From Promethearchaeota archaeon (GTDB lineage Archaea; Asgardarchaeota; Lokiarchaeia; Sigyniarchaeales; SOKP01): a stretch of 64,000 bases of DNA. Every line of letters starts with the position of its first letter. The first letter of the stretch is position 1. Positions 49,774 through 59,834 of the stretch are shown here, in pieces. Under the pieces are notes generated by a model, which saw only the letters and a program-made list of their open reading frames with translations, did no database searches and was not told where the DNA came from. The translations under genes and the position numbers were made by a program. The stretch lies in NCBI GenBank assembly GCA_048938895.1, contig JBHLLU010000001.1, positions 1 to 64,000 of the forward strand, in the 5' to 3' direction.

Positions 49774-50271
49774 ATGCCGAAAAAAGTTAAATTTCGAGGA
49801 AGGAATTATATAGTTACTCCATTAGATAATGGGAAAATAAAAGTAGATGACCATATTTATGCCCCGGTAGTCATTCAAGAAACAGAGAATTTATTTCGAG
49901 TAACATTTGAAGATTGTCAGTTTAATTTGGAATTTATAAACGGGGTTTTATATTTAGAGGGTGAAGAAATCGATATTGAAATTAAACCATATTTAAAATC
50001 AGTAGATAATAACTATGAAAGCCCACAAATCACGGACGTAATTATAAAAGCTCCTATTCCAGGGAAAATATTAGAAATCCACGTCGAAGAGGAGGAATAT
50101 ATCGAAAAGGAACAGTTATTATTAATTTTAGAAGCAATGAAAATGAAAAATCGAATATTGTCTCCAAGAAAAGGGAAGATAATCCAAATATTAGTGAATG
50201 AAGGGGATATCGTTGGACAAGATCAAAAGTTAATTAAAATTGAAAGTAGAAATAATGTAAAGGGTATATAA
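49774..50271 (+). CDS. accB: Biotin carboxyl carrier protein
   Basis: APIPGKI, LEAMKM biotinylation motif, GDIV. Confidence 0.93.
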   Translation: MPKKVKFRGRNYIVTPLDNGKIKVDDHIYAPVVIQETENLFRVTFEDCQFNLEFINGVLYLEGEEIDIEIKPYLKSVDNNYESPQITDVIIKAPIPGKILEIHVEEEEYIEKEQLLLILEAMKMKNRILSPRKGKIIQILVNEGDIVGQDQKLIKIESRNNVKGI

Positions 50272-50292
50272 TCATTGATTTATTATTTTTTT

Positions 50293-51783
50293 TTAACGTA
50301 TTTGCTCTATTTTAGCGACATCTCGCCATTTATTTGATTTTTTCTTTTGTGTTTCTTCAGGTTGAGTTGATAATTTAAATTGCTTAAATAATTGAAAAAC
50401 TGCTGCCAATTTTTTTCTTTCTAAATCTTTTAAATTATTAGCAATGTTTGTTTTATTTAAGAAATCAGTTGATAAATCTCCCTTTCTAAATTCACGAGAA
50501 TCTACTATTACTTTATGTAAATCTAAATTCGTTTTTATTCCTGAAATAACTAATTCTTTTAGGGTATGTTTAGAGAGATTGATTGCCCTTTTTCGATTTC
50601 TACCCCACACCACCAATTTCCCTATCAATGAGTCAAAATCATGAGGAACTACATAATTAGGGTACAAATAACTATCAAAACGCACTTTTGGTCCCCCTGG
50701 TATGATTAAATTTGTAATTTTTCCATGTTGGGGAAAGAATGAATTATATGGATCTTCAGCATTTATCCTATATTCTATAGCATGTCCATGTAATGAGATT
50801 TCCTCTTGAATATAATTTAATGGTTTATTTGAGGCAATGCTTATTTGTTCCTCAACCAAATCTATTCCTGTTACCATTTCTGTAACAACATGTTCTACTT
50901 GGATTCTTGGATTTACTTCATTAAAATAGATATTACCCTCCTTCCATAGAAATTCTGCTGTTCCCACATTTGAATAATTTAATTCACGAGCTAACTGACA
51001 AGTTTTATCTCCTAATTTAGAGATTTCATCCCTTGTTAAAAATGAGGGTGCTTCCTCAATAAGTTTTTGATGAGATCGTTGGATAGTACATTCCCGATCT
51101 CCTAAATATATAATATTACCAAAATTATCTCCAATAAATTGAATTTCTACATGACGAGGTGCCATAATAGACTTTTCAATAAAAACTTCATTGCGACCAA
51201 AAAACTTTGATCCCATTTCTTGACAACCTTGGAGTGCAATGCCCATTTCTTCTTCAGATTCAACAATTTCCATTCCTCGACCACCACCTCCAAAGGCTGC
51301 TTTTATTATTACAGGATATCCGATCTTATCTGCTATTAATTTAGCTTCCTCTAAACTACGAATAAATCCATCTGAACCAGGTAAAACGGGTAAACCGACA
51401 CTTTTTGCTAGGATTTTTGCTTTAATTTTATTACCTAAAAATTCAATGGTATTTGGGCTTGGACCGATAAAAATCTTACCAAGATTAATAATTTGTTTTG
51501 CAAATTCTGCATTTTCGCTCAAAAAACCATATCCTGGATGGATTGCATCTGCATCACACCGTTTAATTATTTCAACTAGTTTTGAGATGTTAAGATATGT
51601 ACCCTGAATTGATTCATCTCCTAAATTATATGCCTCATCTGCCATTTTTACGTGAAGAGAGTTTTTGTCTGACTCAGAAAAAATTGCTATTGATTTAATC
51701 TCTTTTGATCGACATGCTCTGATAACTCTAACTGCAATCTCTCCACGATTAGCAATTAAGACAGATTTGATCATACAACACAA
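50293..51783 (-). CDS. accC: Biotin carboxylase
   Basis: LIANRGEIAVR, HPGYGFLSEN, GGGGRGM, RECTIQR, EVNPRIQVEH, RINAEDP. Confidence 0.96.
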   Translation of the reverse strand: MCCMIKSVLIANRGEIAVRVIRACRSKEIKSIAIFSESDKNSLHVKMADEAYNLGDESIQGTYLNISKLVEIIKRCDADAIHPGYGFLSENAEFAKQIINLGKIFIGPSPNTIEFLGNKIKAKILAKSVGLPVLPGSDGFIRSLEEAKLIADKIGYPVIIKAAFGGGGRGMEIVESEEEMGIALQGCQEMGSKFFGRNEVFIEKSIMAPRHVEIQFIGDNFGNIIYLGDRECTIQRSHQKLIEEAPSFLTRDEISKLGDKTCQLARELNYSNVGTAEFLWKEGNIYFNEVNPRIQVEHVVTEMVTGIDLVEEQISIASNKPLNYIQEEISLHGHAIEYRINAEDPYNSFFPQHGKITNLIIPGGPKVRFDSYLYPNYVVPHDFDSLIGKLVVWGRNRKRAINLSKHTLKELVISGIKTNLDLHKVIVDSREFRKGDLSTDFLNKTNIANNLKDLERKKLAAVFQLFKQFKLSTQPEETQKKKSNKWRDVAKIEQIR

Positions 51784-51895
51784 TAATGAAAGCTAATTAT
51801 TATAGCTATGCTATTAATTAAATAAACAAGTATTTTATTAAAAAATATCATTTTTTTTAATATTTGAGGAAACGATTTTAACGATTTTAAATTTT

Positions 51896-52027
51896 AAGTT
51901 ATTTTCTATGGGAGGATCTTTAACATCAGAAGAAATATTATCTGAAATCAGAATCCTTAAAGGTCCCTCATTCTGGTAAAAAGGAATTAATTACTCATCT
52001 GATTAAATATATAATTTAGAACAGTTT
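51896..52027 (+). pseudogene. Decayed copy of the pepF 3' end
   Basis: Translates KLFSMGGSLTSEEILSEIRI-LKGPSFW*KGINYSSD*IYNLEQF versus PepF C-terminus KLLSIGGSMTPEEMLTEIGIDLRDSSFWQKGINFLSGKIDELEQL (from 34779). Confidence 0.85.
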
Positions 52028-53223
52028 TATATTGATTTTCTTATTTGAAGTAATAATAAACCTACTATTAATACTAATGCTCCTGAGCTTATCATGGTGG
52101 AAAATCCCCCATACATATCTATTGACAGACCGAATAACCATATTATTACAGCACCCCCAAATAACCCATTGTGCAGAAAGCTTATAGCAGAAAGAACACT
52201 TGCTCTTTCTAATGAAGAGATGAGTTTGTTAGAGTAACTTTCCTCTAGTAATAATGCAAACTCAGTATTGATTGAAAAGAGAATTAGAAAAATCACTAAT
52301 AGATACCAAATATTCATAAAAGCGATGATAAAGAAAAGACCACCTTGAAATAAAATAATCAAATATAAACTACCAGTAGTTCCTAGTTTTTGTTCAATTT
52401 TACTCACAAAATATGAAGCAAACGCACTGATACCAACTATTATGGTAAATATTATCCCAATAATTGATGGAATTATATCAACTAATTTTAAATGAGCCTG
52501 ACTGAATACATCCCAGTAAGATTCAGCGAAGACATTTGCGATTAAAAAGAAAAATGCTAACCAGAGGAGTTGCTTATTTCTGAATATGTATTGTAAACTT
52601 TTTTTCATATTGCGAGTTAGTATCCTAAAATTGTATTTTTGACTAGATTTAAAAGGCTCTCTAATCATTGCTATAATTAAGAGAGAAAGACTGATTGTTA
52701 TAAACCAAACCCAATAAGGTAATTGAGGTCTAATAACAAATAGAAAACTTCCAAGTGGCATACCTAAAAGATTTGATATTAAAGAAAATGCATTAATACG
52801 TCCACTTATTTTCAAAAATTCATCTTCCCTCTCAAGTTCTTTCATTGTGTCAAATAATAAAGCTGATTTTGCTCCTGATTTAAATGAAAATTCAAGACCA
52901 CTTAAAATTCCTGCTATAACAATAGTTATGATTCCTCCCGAACTCAAATTTAAAAGTAAAATCATTAATAAAGTAAATGAATTTGCAATAAAAACTGTCC
53001 ATTTTCTACCAATCATATCGGCTAAACTACCACTTGGTAAATCTGTTAAAACAATTGCAATTGAGGTACAAGCTTCAAATATTCCAATAGCCGTAAAATT
53101 GAAGCCCAAATACTGAAAAAATAGAATATAAATTGCACTAATTACTCCAAAATTATAGAATACACTAGAAAGTCCAATTTACCAGATATTTGATTTTAAA
53201 TAGATAGAAGAGTCTGAAGACAT
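52027..53223 (-). pseudogene. MFS transporter with an early in-frame stop
   Basis: PSGSLADMIGRK (MFS motif A), SGAKSALLFD. The natural ATG at 53223 (MSSDSSIYLKSNIW*IGLSS...) is interrupted by TAA at 53179-53181. Confidence 0.75.
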
Positions 53224-53244
53224 ATGGCAAGGGATCTTTTTATT

Positions 53245-55140
53245 TTACTCTTCTAATTGTTCAATTTCTAAGATGAAAAGATTCGCAATGGTAATCCATT
53301 TCTGTTTTGTTTCCGTATCTAGAGAACTTTTTTCTATTAACTTCATCCCTTCTGTAAGGTACTCGACTGTTCGTTCTAGATCTTTAAGTTCTTTATAACA
53401 AATTCCAAGTTTAATATAGGTTTGAGGAATATACCATTCCTCACTTGCTAATTCTATTGCTGTTAAAAATTCTTCTATAGCATTTTCATACTCTTCAAAA
53501 TACATCAGGATTTCTCCATAAGTATCATGATACATCCCGTTATTGGGAAAGGTCTCTACAAGTTTCGAAATTATGGCAAGGGATTCATCCTTTCTATCCA
53601 AATATTGGAGCCAATAAGCTTTATAACTGATAAGGTCATTCTTTTTTGGATATTTTTCTATTAATTCATCAATAATTTCTAATCCTGCATTTATCTCCTG
53701 CATTCTTCTCAAAACAGATGCCTTTTTCATCCCAATATCAAGTTCTTCTTCTGGGAAAATTTCTAACATTTCATCTAATAGGCTTAAGACCTCATCGAAT
53801 TGATTATAATAGATCAAAATTCTAATTTTTGAATGATATAAGTCAAGATTCTCAGGATCGGATTTAATTTGTTTATCGATTTTCCTAATCTCTTCTATGT
53901 AGTCTTCCTGTAAATCTTCAATAGTTTTAGTTTGAAAAATATCTATCATATCCTGCCAAATAATTCCTTCTAATTTATCATAAGTCTCTTTTAATTCTAC
54001 TTTTGCTTCAATCTTATACGCTAAATAGTTAATGTACTGAGGTAAGAATTTGCGTAATGACTCCTTTAAGTCCTCATGGAACAATAAGCTACAAATATCT
54101 TCTAATATTTCATTTATAGTATTTCTTATATTAAGTGGTCTCGAAAACAATTTATTCAAATAGGTAAATTTAGTGATATAATCTTCTGTTATAGCTCTTA
54201 ACATTATTTCCAGTCTTTCACCCTCCTGAAAATAATAAATCAAATCTCCTGATGAAATTTTGAAAAATTTAATTGGAAAAATTTGATTTTCAATGATCTC
54301 GTCTATATAATAATTTAATTTCGATTCTTTAATTTTAAAAGTTCTTGAAAAGTCTTCTGGAGAGATATAATCAGGATACTGACTTGGATGGTTAATTGAG
54401 ACAAAGAGTAAAATCTTATCGAAATCCTCTTCATTCGTTAGCATTGATTCAACTCTAGTATAATCTAATTTTAACATATTATTTAAAAAGCGAAATTGTA
54501 CATCCTCATCTGAAATATCATATCGTTCGAAAAATTTGATAGTTTTTATAGTTATCTCTTCAATTCTCTTGCTTTCTTCTTCCAATATCGATTGCTTATC
54601 CAAGTCATAATTTTCTAACATCCTAGAATATTCTAATTTACCCGAACGGGTAATTCTGTATTTCTTTTCCTCTTTCTCTATAATTCCTTTATCAAGTAAC
54701 AAATTTATATTCTTAGATAAAGAGGATTGATTTATAGAAAGTGGTTCTGCCAAGAAATCAGCCCATTTGCAATAATTATTATTATAAACCATCCAAAGAA
54801 TCCAATGATCATAATTTCTTCTTCTTTTAATTATTGTAGGAGGATAGCTTAAGGATCTTTTTTTCCCTTTCGATTGAGAAAGTTCAAGATACCTCTTTCT
54901 GCCCTCTGAAGTAATTTTATAATGACCTCTAGAAATATTTTCTACATGACCCCTTCCCTTTAAAAGAGAGAGATATTTTGATAATGTTGATAATCTAAGC
55001 TCAAGTGGTTCTTGAGTGAAATCGGCCCACTCGCATTCATCATTGTTATACACCATCCATAGAATGATATGCTCAAAATTTTTTTTCTCTATTACTGGAG
55101 GTTTATAAATCTCCTTAGGAGGATAATTTACTTTGCTCAT
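53245..55140 (-). CDS. Tandem winged-HTH plus C-terminal TPR protein (putative regulator)
   Basis: Two repeats of ILWMVYNN..C.WADF..EPL....S.LSK...L...G......Y.IT..G; TPR-like C-terminus (YHDTYGEIL, KLGICYKEL). Confidence 0.8.
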   Translation of the reverse strand: MSKVNYPPKEIYKPPVIEKKNFEHIILWMVYNNDECEWADFTQEPLELRLSTLSKYLSLLKGRGHVENISRGHYKITSEGRKRYLELSQSKGKKRSLSYPPTIIKRRRNYDHWILWMVYNNNYCKWADFLAEPLSINQSSLSKNINLLLDKGIIEKEEKKYRITRSGKLEYSRMLENYDLDKQSILEEESKRIEEITIKTIKFFERYDISDEDVQFRFLNNMLKLDYTRVESMLTNEEDFDKILLFVSINHPSQYPDYISPEDFSRTFKIKESKLNYYIDEIIENQIFPIKFFKISSGDLIYYFQEGERLEIMLRAITEDYITKFTYLNKLFSRPLNIRNTINEILEDICSLLFHEDLKESLRKFLPQYINYLAYKIEAKVELKETYDKLEGIIWQDMIDIFQTKTIEDLQEDYIEEIRKIDKQIKSDPENLDLYHSKIRILIYYNQFDEVLSLLDEMLEIFPEEELDIGMKKASVLRRMQEINAGLEIIDELIEKYPKKNDLISYKAYWLQYLDRKDESLAIISKLVETFPNNGMYHDTYGEILMYFEEYENAIEEFLTAIELASEEWYIPQTYIKLGICYKELKDLERTVEYLTEGMKLIEKSSLDTETKQKWITIANLFILEIEQLEE

Positions 55141-55195
55141 ATATAGTATTAAAACATTTGACTATTTAAATTTCGCGAGCTTTTTTTAAAATTCG

Positions 55196-55234
55196 AACTT
55201 CATTCGAAGTTTTTTTTCTAAAACTAAATATAGA
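55196..55234 (+). promoter_or_regulatory. Palindromic operator plus TATA-like box (copy 1)
   Basis: AACTTC-ATTC-GAAGTT (55196-55211) followed by AAAACTAAATATAG. Confidence 0.65.
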
Positions 55235-55284
55235 ATTTTTGATATGTTATAATTATAAAAAAACCAAAAAAAAGGTATGAAAAA

Positions 55285-55365
55285 ATGACAAATAAGAAAG
55301 AAGAAACATTGGCTGATTATATTTTACATCCAAAGAAATATGCTTATGGATTAAAAGATCTTTAA
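55285..55365 (+). CDS. Microprotein MTNKKEETLADYILHPKKYAYGLKDL (26 aa)
   Basis: AAGGT SD-like site, T-tract after stop, homologous to 60784-60879. Confidence 0.75.
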   Translation: MTNKKEETLADYILHPKKYAYGLKDL

Positions 55366-55418
55366 ATATTTTTTTTTAATTATTATTTTTTAATAAACTC
55401 ATAAAGAGGTAAGAGAAA

Positions 55419-55496
55419 ATGAATAAAAAAGGAAAAAAGACAAATAAAATAATTATTAAATGCAATACACCTCATCAGAGATTTATAATTTTTTAA
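55419..55496 (+). CDS. Putative microprotein MNKKGKKTNKIIIKCNTPHQRFIIF (25 aa)
   Basis: GAGGT SD 8 nt upstream of ATG; in micro-ORF array. Confidence 0.5.
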   Translation: MNKKGKKTNKIIIKCNTPHQRFIIF

Positions 55497-55547
55497 TTTC
55501 ATATTTTTATCAGGCTTACTACCAGATTTTTCATTTCCATATTAAAG

Positions 55548-55575
55548 CCTCCTAGTAGCCTACATTACTAGGAGG
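55548..55575. terminator. GC-rich hairpin (possible terminator/processing signal)
   Basis: CCTCCTAGTA-N8-TACTAGGAGG perfect 10-bp stem. Confidence 0.5.
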
Positions 55576-55616
55576 TAAAATTTTATCAAAAACTTCTATA
55601 CTTCCCCATTGATTCG

Positions 55617-55654
55617 AACTTAGATTGAAGTTAATAGAATAAAACTAAATATAG
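55617..55654 (+). promoter_or_regulatory. Palindromic operator plus TATA-like box (copy 2)
   Basis: AACTTA-GATT-GAAGTT (55617-55632) then AAAACTAAATATAG, identical to the box in copy 1. Confidence 0.65.
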
Positions 55655-55705
55655 GTAACTAACAATACTAATATTAACAAAAAAAAGAAACAAGGTTAGA
55701 AAAAA

Positions 55706-55786
55706 ATGAAAAAAACCGCACAGAAAGGATTAATAAAAATAAATAGTTATGGTCAGAATCATCTTCTGCGAGATTTGCTTAAATAA
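55706..55786 (+). CDS. Putative microprotein MKKTAQKGLIKINSYGQNHLLRDLLK (26 aa)
   Basis: AAGGT SD-like site, follows operator copy 2, T-tract after stop. Confidence 0.55.
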   Translation: MKKTAQKGLIKINSYGQNHLLRDLLK

Positions 55787-55966
55787 TTTTTTTTCAATTC
55801 TAATTTTTATATCTAATTTGTATAATACATGCTCTAAATCCTTATTACATAAATTTGTATAATATTCTTTTTGATAGTATTAAGCTAAAATTTTATATTA
55901 CAGTAAATCTAATCTACTATTAATTAGATAGTGATAATGTATAATATTTTTCTCTAAATAGAAATA

Positions 55967-56521
55967 ATGACCGATGCTCAAAAATTTCGATTTAAAATTT
56001 CAGTAATAGGCGATGGGCAAGTTGGTAAGACATCCTTAATTAAGAAATTTACACAAGGAACGTTTGAAAAAGATTATGTAAAAACAATTGGAGCCCAATT
56101 CTCTAAATTTGATAAAGAAATCGAAGGAGATGAAATACGGTTGATCTTTTGGGATATTGCGGGTCAGGATGATTTTCTTTTCCTAAGACCCTCATTTTAC
56201 AAGGATAGTGGTGCTGCAATTATTGTTTTTAGCCTTGAAGATAATGATCTTGGTAATCGAAGCTTCGAACATGTACTTAATTGGCATGAGAATTTGAAAA
56301 AATTTTGTGGGGATATACCTATCATCTTATTTGCTAATAAAGTGGATCTCATTGATGAGGAAAATTTTAATGACTCTGAAATTCAAGAAATGGTCAAAGA
56401 AAATAATTTTCTCGGATATTATTTAACTTCTGCAAAAACCGGAGAAAATGTTCATGATGCGTTCAATACCCTTATAGAAAAACTATATTATAAATCTAAA
56501 GCATTAACTAAGGACTTATAA
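55967..56521 (+). CDS. Rab-like small GTPase
   Basis: GDGQVGKT, T(G2), WDIAGQ, NKVD, TSAK; no C-terminal prenylation Cys. Confidence 0.93.
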   Translation: MTDAQKFRFKISVIGDGQVGKTSLIKKFTQGTFEKDYVKTIGAQFSKFDKEIEGDEIRLIFWDIAGQDDFLFLRPSFYKDSGAAIIVFSLEDNDLGNRSFEHVLNWHENLKKFCGDIPIILFANKVDLIDEENFNDSEIQEMVKENNFLGYYLTSAKTGENVHDAFNTLIEKLYYKSKALTKDL

Positions 56522-56533
56522 ATCATTTATATG

Positions 56534-59068
56534 TTAAAAATCAACATCTAGTTGAGCAATATCAGCCATGTAAAGATTCACTATAGCTAGCCACCTCTTT
56601 TTTGTGTCTAAATCACAAAAGCATTTATTAGTGTATTCTTGTCCTTTACTGAGATTTTCAAGTGCTAAGTCAAATTTTTCAAGTTCCTTATAACATATTC
56701 CTAACTTAATAAAAGTCTGATTAATATACCATTCATCACCTGCTAATTCTATTGTCTTTAAAAATTCATTAGCCGCTTTTTCATACTCTTCAAAATTCAT
56801 TAATATTTCTCCATATGTGTCATGATATATCCCCATATCAGGATTGTTCTTTATGAGCTCTTCTATTGTATCTAGGACCAATTCCTTCTCATCCAGATAC
56901 TGTAACCAATAAACTTTATTAAGCATAAGATTGTTATCATTCGGATATTTTTCAAGTAAACTATTTATAATTTCTAAACCGGCTTCAATATTTTTCATTT
57001 CTTTAAGTATGTATGCTTTTTTGATTTTAAGGTTTCTTTCTCCCTCAGGAAACTCAGTAATCAATTTATCTAAGATTATAATGATATCATCGAATTGGTC
57101 AAAATATAATAGGATTCGAATTTTAGAATTATGGAAATCTAGATTGCTAGGATTTAATTTTAGTGCCTGTTCAATTGATTCTAACGCTTCATCATATCGA
57201 TCGAGCTCTAGTAGGACTGTAGTTTTTAGGTGATATAAGTGTGCTTTAATAATATTATTTGACTCTAATTCAATCGCTTTCTCAATATAACTTATCCCAT
57301 CTTCTTTTTCTGCTATTTCTTTATTAAAATCATAAATTTTATTATAACCAAGTACAAACCCTTTTAATCCATAAGAGAGAGCACTTTTAAGGAACGTCTC
57401 CGTTGCTTTATCAGCCATTCTCAACGCATTTTCTATATCCCCCAAAACAATATATGAAAATCCTAAAACAAAAAGACCAGAAATATAGATTTCATCTTCT
57501 TCGGAAACAGAGGATAAATCAATCTTACCTTCCAATAATTCTGTTGTTTCATTATTACGATTCAAGTGGCATAGAATTAGACTTTTAATAATATTAAGAT
57601 CTAAGTCTTTTATTTTCGATTTAGAAGTACCAAAAACCTTTTCTAAATCTACTAACCTCAATGATTTATTATATTCTTCAGATTGGATATACTGTTGGAT
57701 CTTGAAATTTAGTTTTTCTAGTTTGAAAAATGGTTTAAAATACGGTTGTAAAACCTCTAATATTGACTTATCTAAATAATAATTCATTTCACTCTCACTT
57801 ATAAATTGGTATTGACTTTTAGAGATATCAGCTTGTAAAATTTCGGGTATATTTTGCCATATAATACCTTCTAATTTGTCAGCAACACCCATTAATTTCT
57901 TTTCCTTTTCAATTTTATATGCCAAATAATTTATATATTCTGGTAGAAATTTTCTTAAAGAGCTTTTTAATCCTTCATTGAATATATTTTGGCATGCTTC
58001 TTCTAGAATCGCATTTACAGTGGAACTCATATTTAATGGAAGTATTAATTCTGACGAACTTTCAAAAAGTTTGTTTAGATATGTAAATTTTGTGATATGT
58101 TCTTCTGTAATAACTTGAAGCATCTTTTCTAATTTTTCATCAGATTGAAAATAATAAAATTTATCAGGAGGAACAGTTAATTTAAAAAATTTTATAGGAT
58201 AGATCTGATTTTCTACTATTTCATCAATATAATAATCAAGTGTTGTTTGCTTAATCCTATATTTTTCTGAGAATTCCTTAGATGAGATATATGCCGGAAA
58301 CTCATTTGGGTGATTAATAGCAAGAAAAAGTAATATTTTCCTAAAGTTGTCTTCATCTTTTAATACAGACTTAATTTTTTCATATTCTAATCTTAAGACA
58401 CTGTTAAGAAATCGGAATTGAATATTCCTCTCTCTGATCTGAAAGCTATCAATAAATTTTGTAGTTTTTTGGGTAATATCAGCAATCCTTTTAATTTCTT
58501 CTTCAAGTATCGATTGTCTATCTAAGTTATAAAAAGTCAACATTTTTGAATACTGTGTTTTACCAGGTCGCGTAATCCTATATTCTTTATTTTCTTTTGT
58601 TACAAATCCTTTATCCATTAACAAGTTCATATTCTTTGATAATGAAGATTGATTTATCGAAAGTGGTTCTTCAAGAAAATCTGCCCATTTACAATAATTA
58701 TTATTATAAACCATCCATAAGATTGTATGATCATAATTTCTTCTTTCAAGAATAACTTTAGGAGGATAACTTAATTTTCTTTTCCCTTTTTTTGTTTGGC
58801 TTAATTCATAATATCTTTCTCTTCCTTTAGATGTAATCTTATATTCATTGAACTGGCTTTTTAAAATATAACCTTCGCGCTTCAGTTTACCCAAATAAAT
58901 TGATAATGTTGATTTATTTATTTTTTCTTTTAAATCTCCCCAGGAACATGCATCATTGTTACTTAATATCCAAAGTACGATGTATTCATAATTGGGCTTA
59001 CCGATAATAGGATTTAAAATCTCCTCCGGGGGATAATTACAAGAAGTACCCAAATCGTTTACCATCAA
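56534..59068 (-). CDS. Tandem winged-HTH plus extended TPR protein (paralog of 53245-55140)
   Basis: Same NY[DE]H.ILWMVYNNNYCKWADFL.EPLSINQSSLSKN repeat and TPR C-terminus, with ~200 extra residues of TPR. Confidence 0.8.
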   Translation of the reverse strand: MMVNDLGTSCNYPPEEILNPIIGKPNYEYIVLWILSNNDACSWGDLKEKINKSTLSIYLGKLKREGYILKSQFNEYKITSKGRERYYELSQTKKGKRKLSYPPKVILERRNYDHTILWMVYNNNYCKWADFLEEPLSINQSSLSKNMNLLMDKGFVTKENKEYRITRPGKTQYSKMLTFYNLDRQSILEEEIKRIADITQKTTKFIDSFQIRERNIQFRFLNSVLRLEYEKIKSVLKDEDNFRKILLFLAINHPNEFPAYISSKEFSEKYRIKQTTLDYYIDEIVENQIYPIKFFKLTVPPDKFYYFQSDEKLEKMLQVITEEHITKFTYLNKLFESSSELILPLNMSSTVNAILEEACQNIFNEGLKSSLRKFLPEYINYLAYKIEKEKKLMGVADKLEGIIWQNIPEILQADISKSQYQFISESEMNYYLDKSILEVLQPYFKPFFKLEKLNFKIQQYIQSEEYNKSLRLVDLEKVFGTSKSKIKDLDLNIIKSLILCHLNRNNETTELLEGKIDLSSVSEEDEIYISGLFVLGFSYIVLGDIENALRMADKATETFLKSALSYGLKGFVLGYNKIYDFNKEIAEKEDGISYIEKAIELESNNIIKAHLYHLKTTVLLELDRYDEALESIEQALKLNPSNLDFHNSKIRILLYFDQFDDIIIILDKLITEFPEGERNLKIKKAYILKEMKNIEAGLEIINSLLEKYPNDNNLMLNKVYWLQYLDEKELVLDTIEELIKNNPDMGIYHDTYGEILMNFEEYEKAANEFLKTIELAGDEWYINQTFIKLGICYKELEKFDLALENLSKGQEYTNKCFCDLDTKKRWLAIVNLYMADIAQLDVDF

Positions 59069-59216
59069 AAAATCTTTTCTTATAATTAGTATATACGACA
59101 GGTTTATTTATATATTTTGATCAAAACTCTAATTAGAGTTAAATAAATGCTACTATTAATGGATTATATAAAAGGGGAATAGAATTAAAATGTGGGTATT
59201 ATCTAAAAAAATCTAG

Positions 59217-59250
59217 AACTTCATTTGGAGTTCCTTTAAATGAACTAAAA
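59217..59250 (+). promoter_or_regulatory. Palindromic operator (copy 3)
   Basis: AACTTC-ATTT-GGAGTT (59217-59232) with AACTAAAA starting 11 nt later, as in copy 2. Confidence 0.55.
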
Positions 59251-59374
59251 AGTAACCGCTAAATTCTTAAAAAAAGCTTAAATTTTAATGTATTTTCAAT
59301 TTTAAGCTGGCCCATATAAAAATCTTCTGTTTTTGAAATCCTTAAAAATAAATTTCACTATAATTTAATTGATA

Positions 59375-59695
59375 ATGGCAAGCTTTACTTCTAGAGCTCA
59401 TTTAAGCGATTTTAAATATGCAGTTAAAATAATATCTGATTGTAGAGATAATTGGCTTCAGGATCAATTTCCAAATATTGACCAATTATTGTATGATTAT
59501 GGTTTAATAGATATTACTGGCAAAATTCAAGATTTTAAATCATATTACCAATTCAGAGATGCTCTTGATCATTTAACAGATTATAATTTCATTCGGATTT
59601 TCATCGATTCTAGATCAATTCCTCGAATTTACCAAGGAGGAAGAGAGATTCCAAATAACTTTACTTTTGATGATTACTGGTCAAGAAATGATTAA
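59375..59695 (+). CDS. Hypothetical protein
   Basis: ATG 59375, 106 aa, protein-like composition; no motif recognised. Confidence 0.6.
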   Translation: MASFTSRAHLSDFKYAVKIISDCRDNWLQDQFPNIDQLLYDYGLIDITGKIQDFKSYYQFRDALDHLTDYNFIRIFIDSRSIPRIYQGGREIPNNFTFDDYWSRND

Positions 59696-59834
59696 TTCTT
59701 AGTTTAACAATTTTTCAAAAATATTGAAATTTTACCTTTTTGTATATAATCCAATTCTACTTCTAAGATCCAAACTCATATTAAACATCAATATCTTAGG
59801 TAATTGGATGTTTAAACATCTAAAACTAATCTTG

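Noticed and set aside
34929-51895. Calling the synthase cluster an active mobile element
   Set aside because: No integrase, transposase or precise att repeats are visible; only the diverged pepF remnant supports an old insertion.
53179-53181. Possible selenocysteine or pyrrolysine readthrough in the MFS gene
   Set aside because: The stop is TAA, not TGA or TAG.
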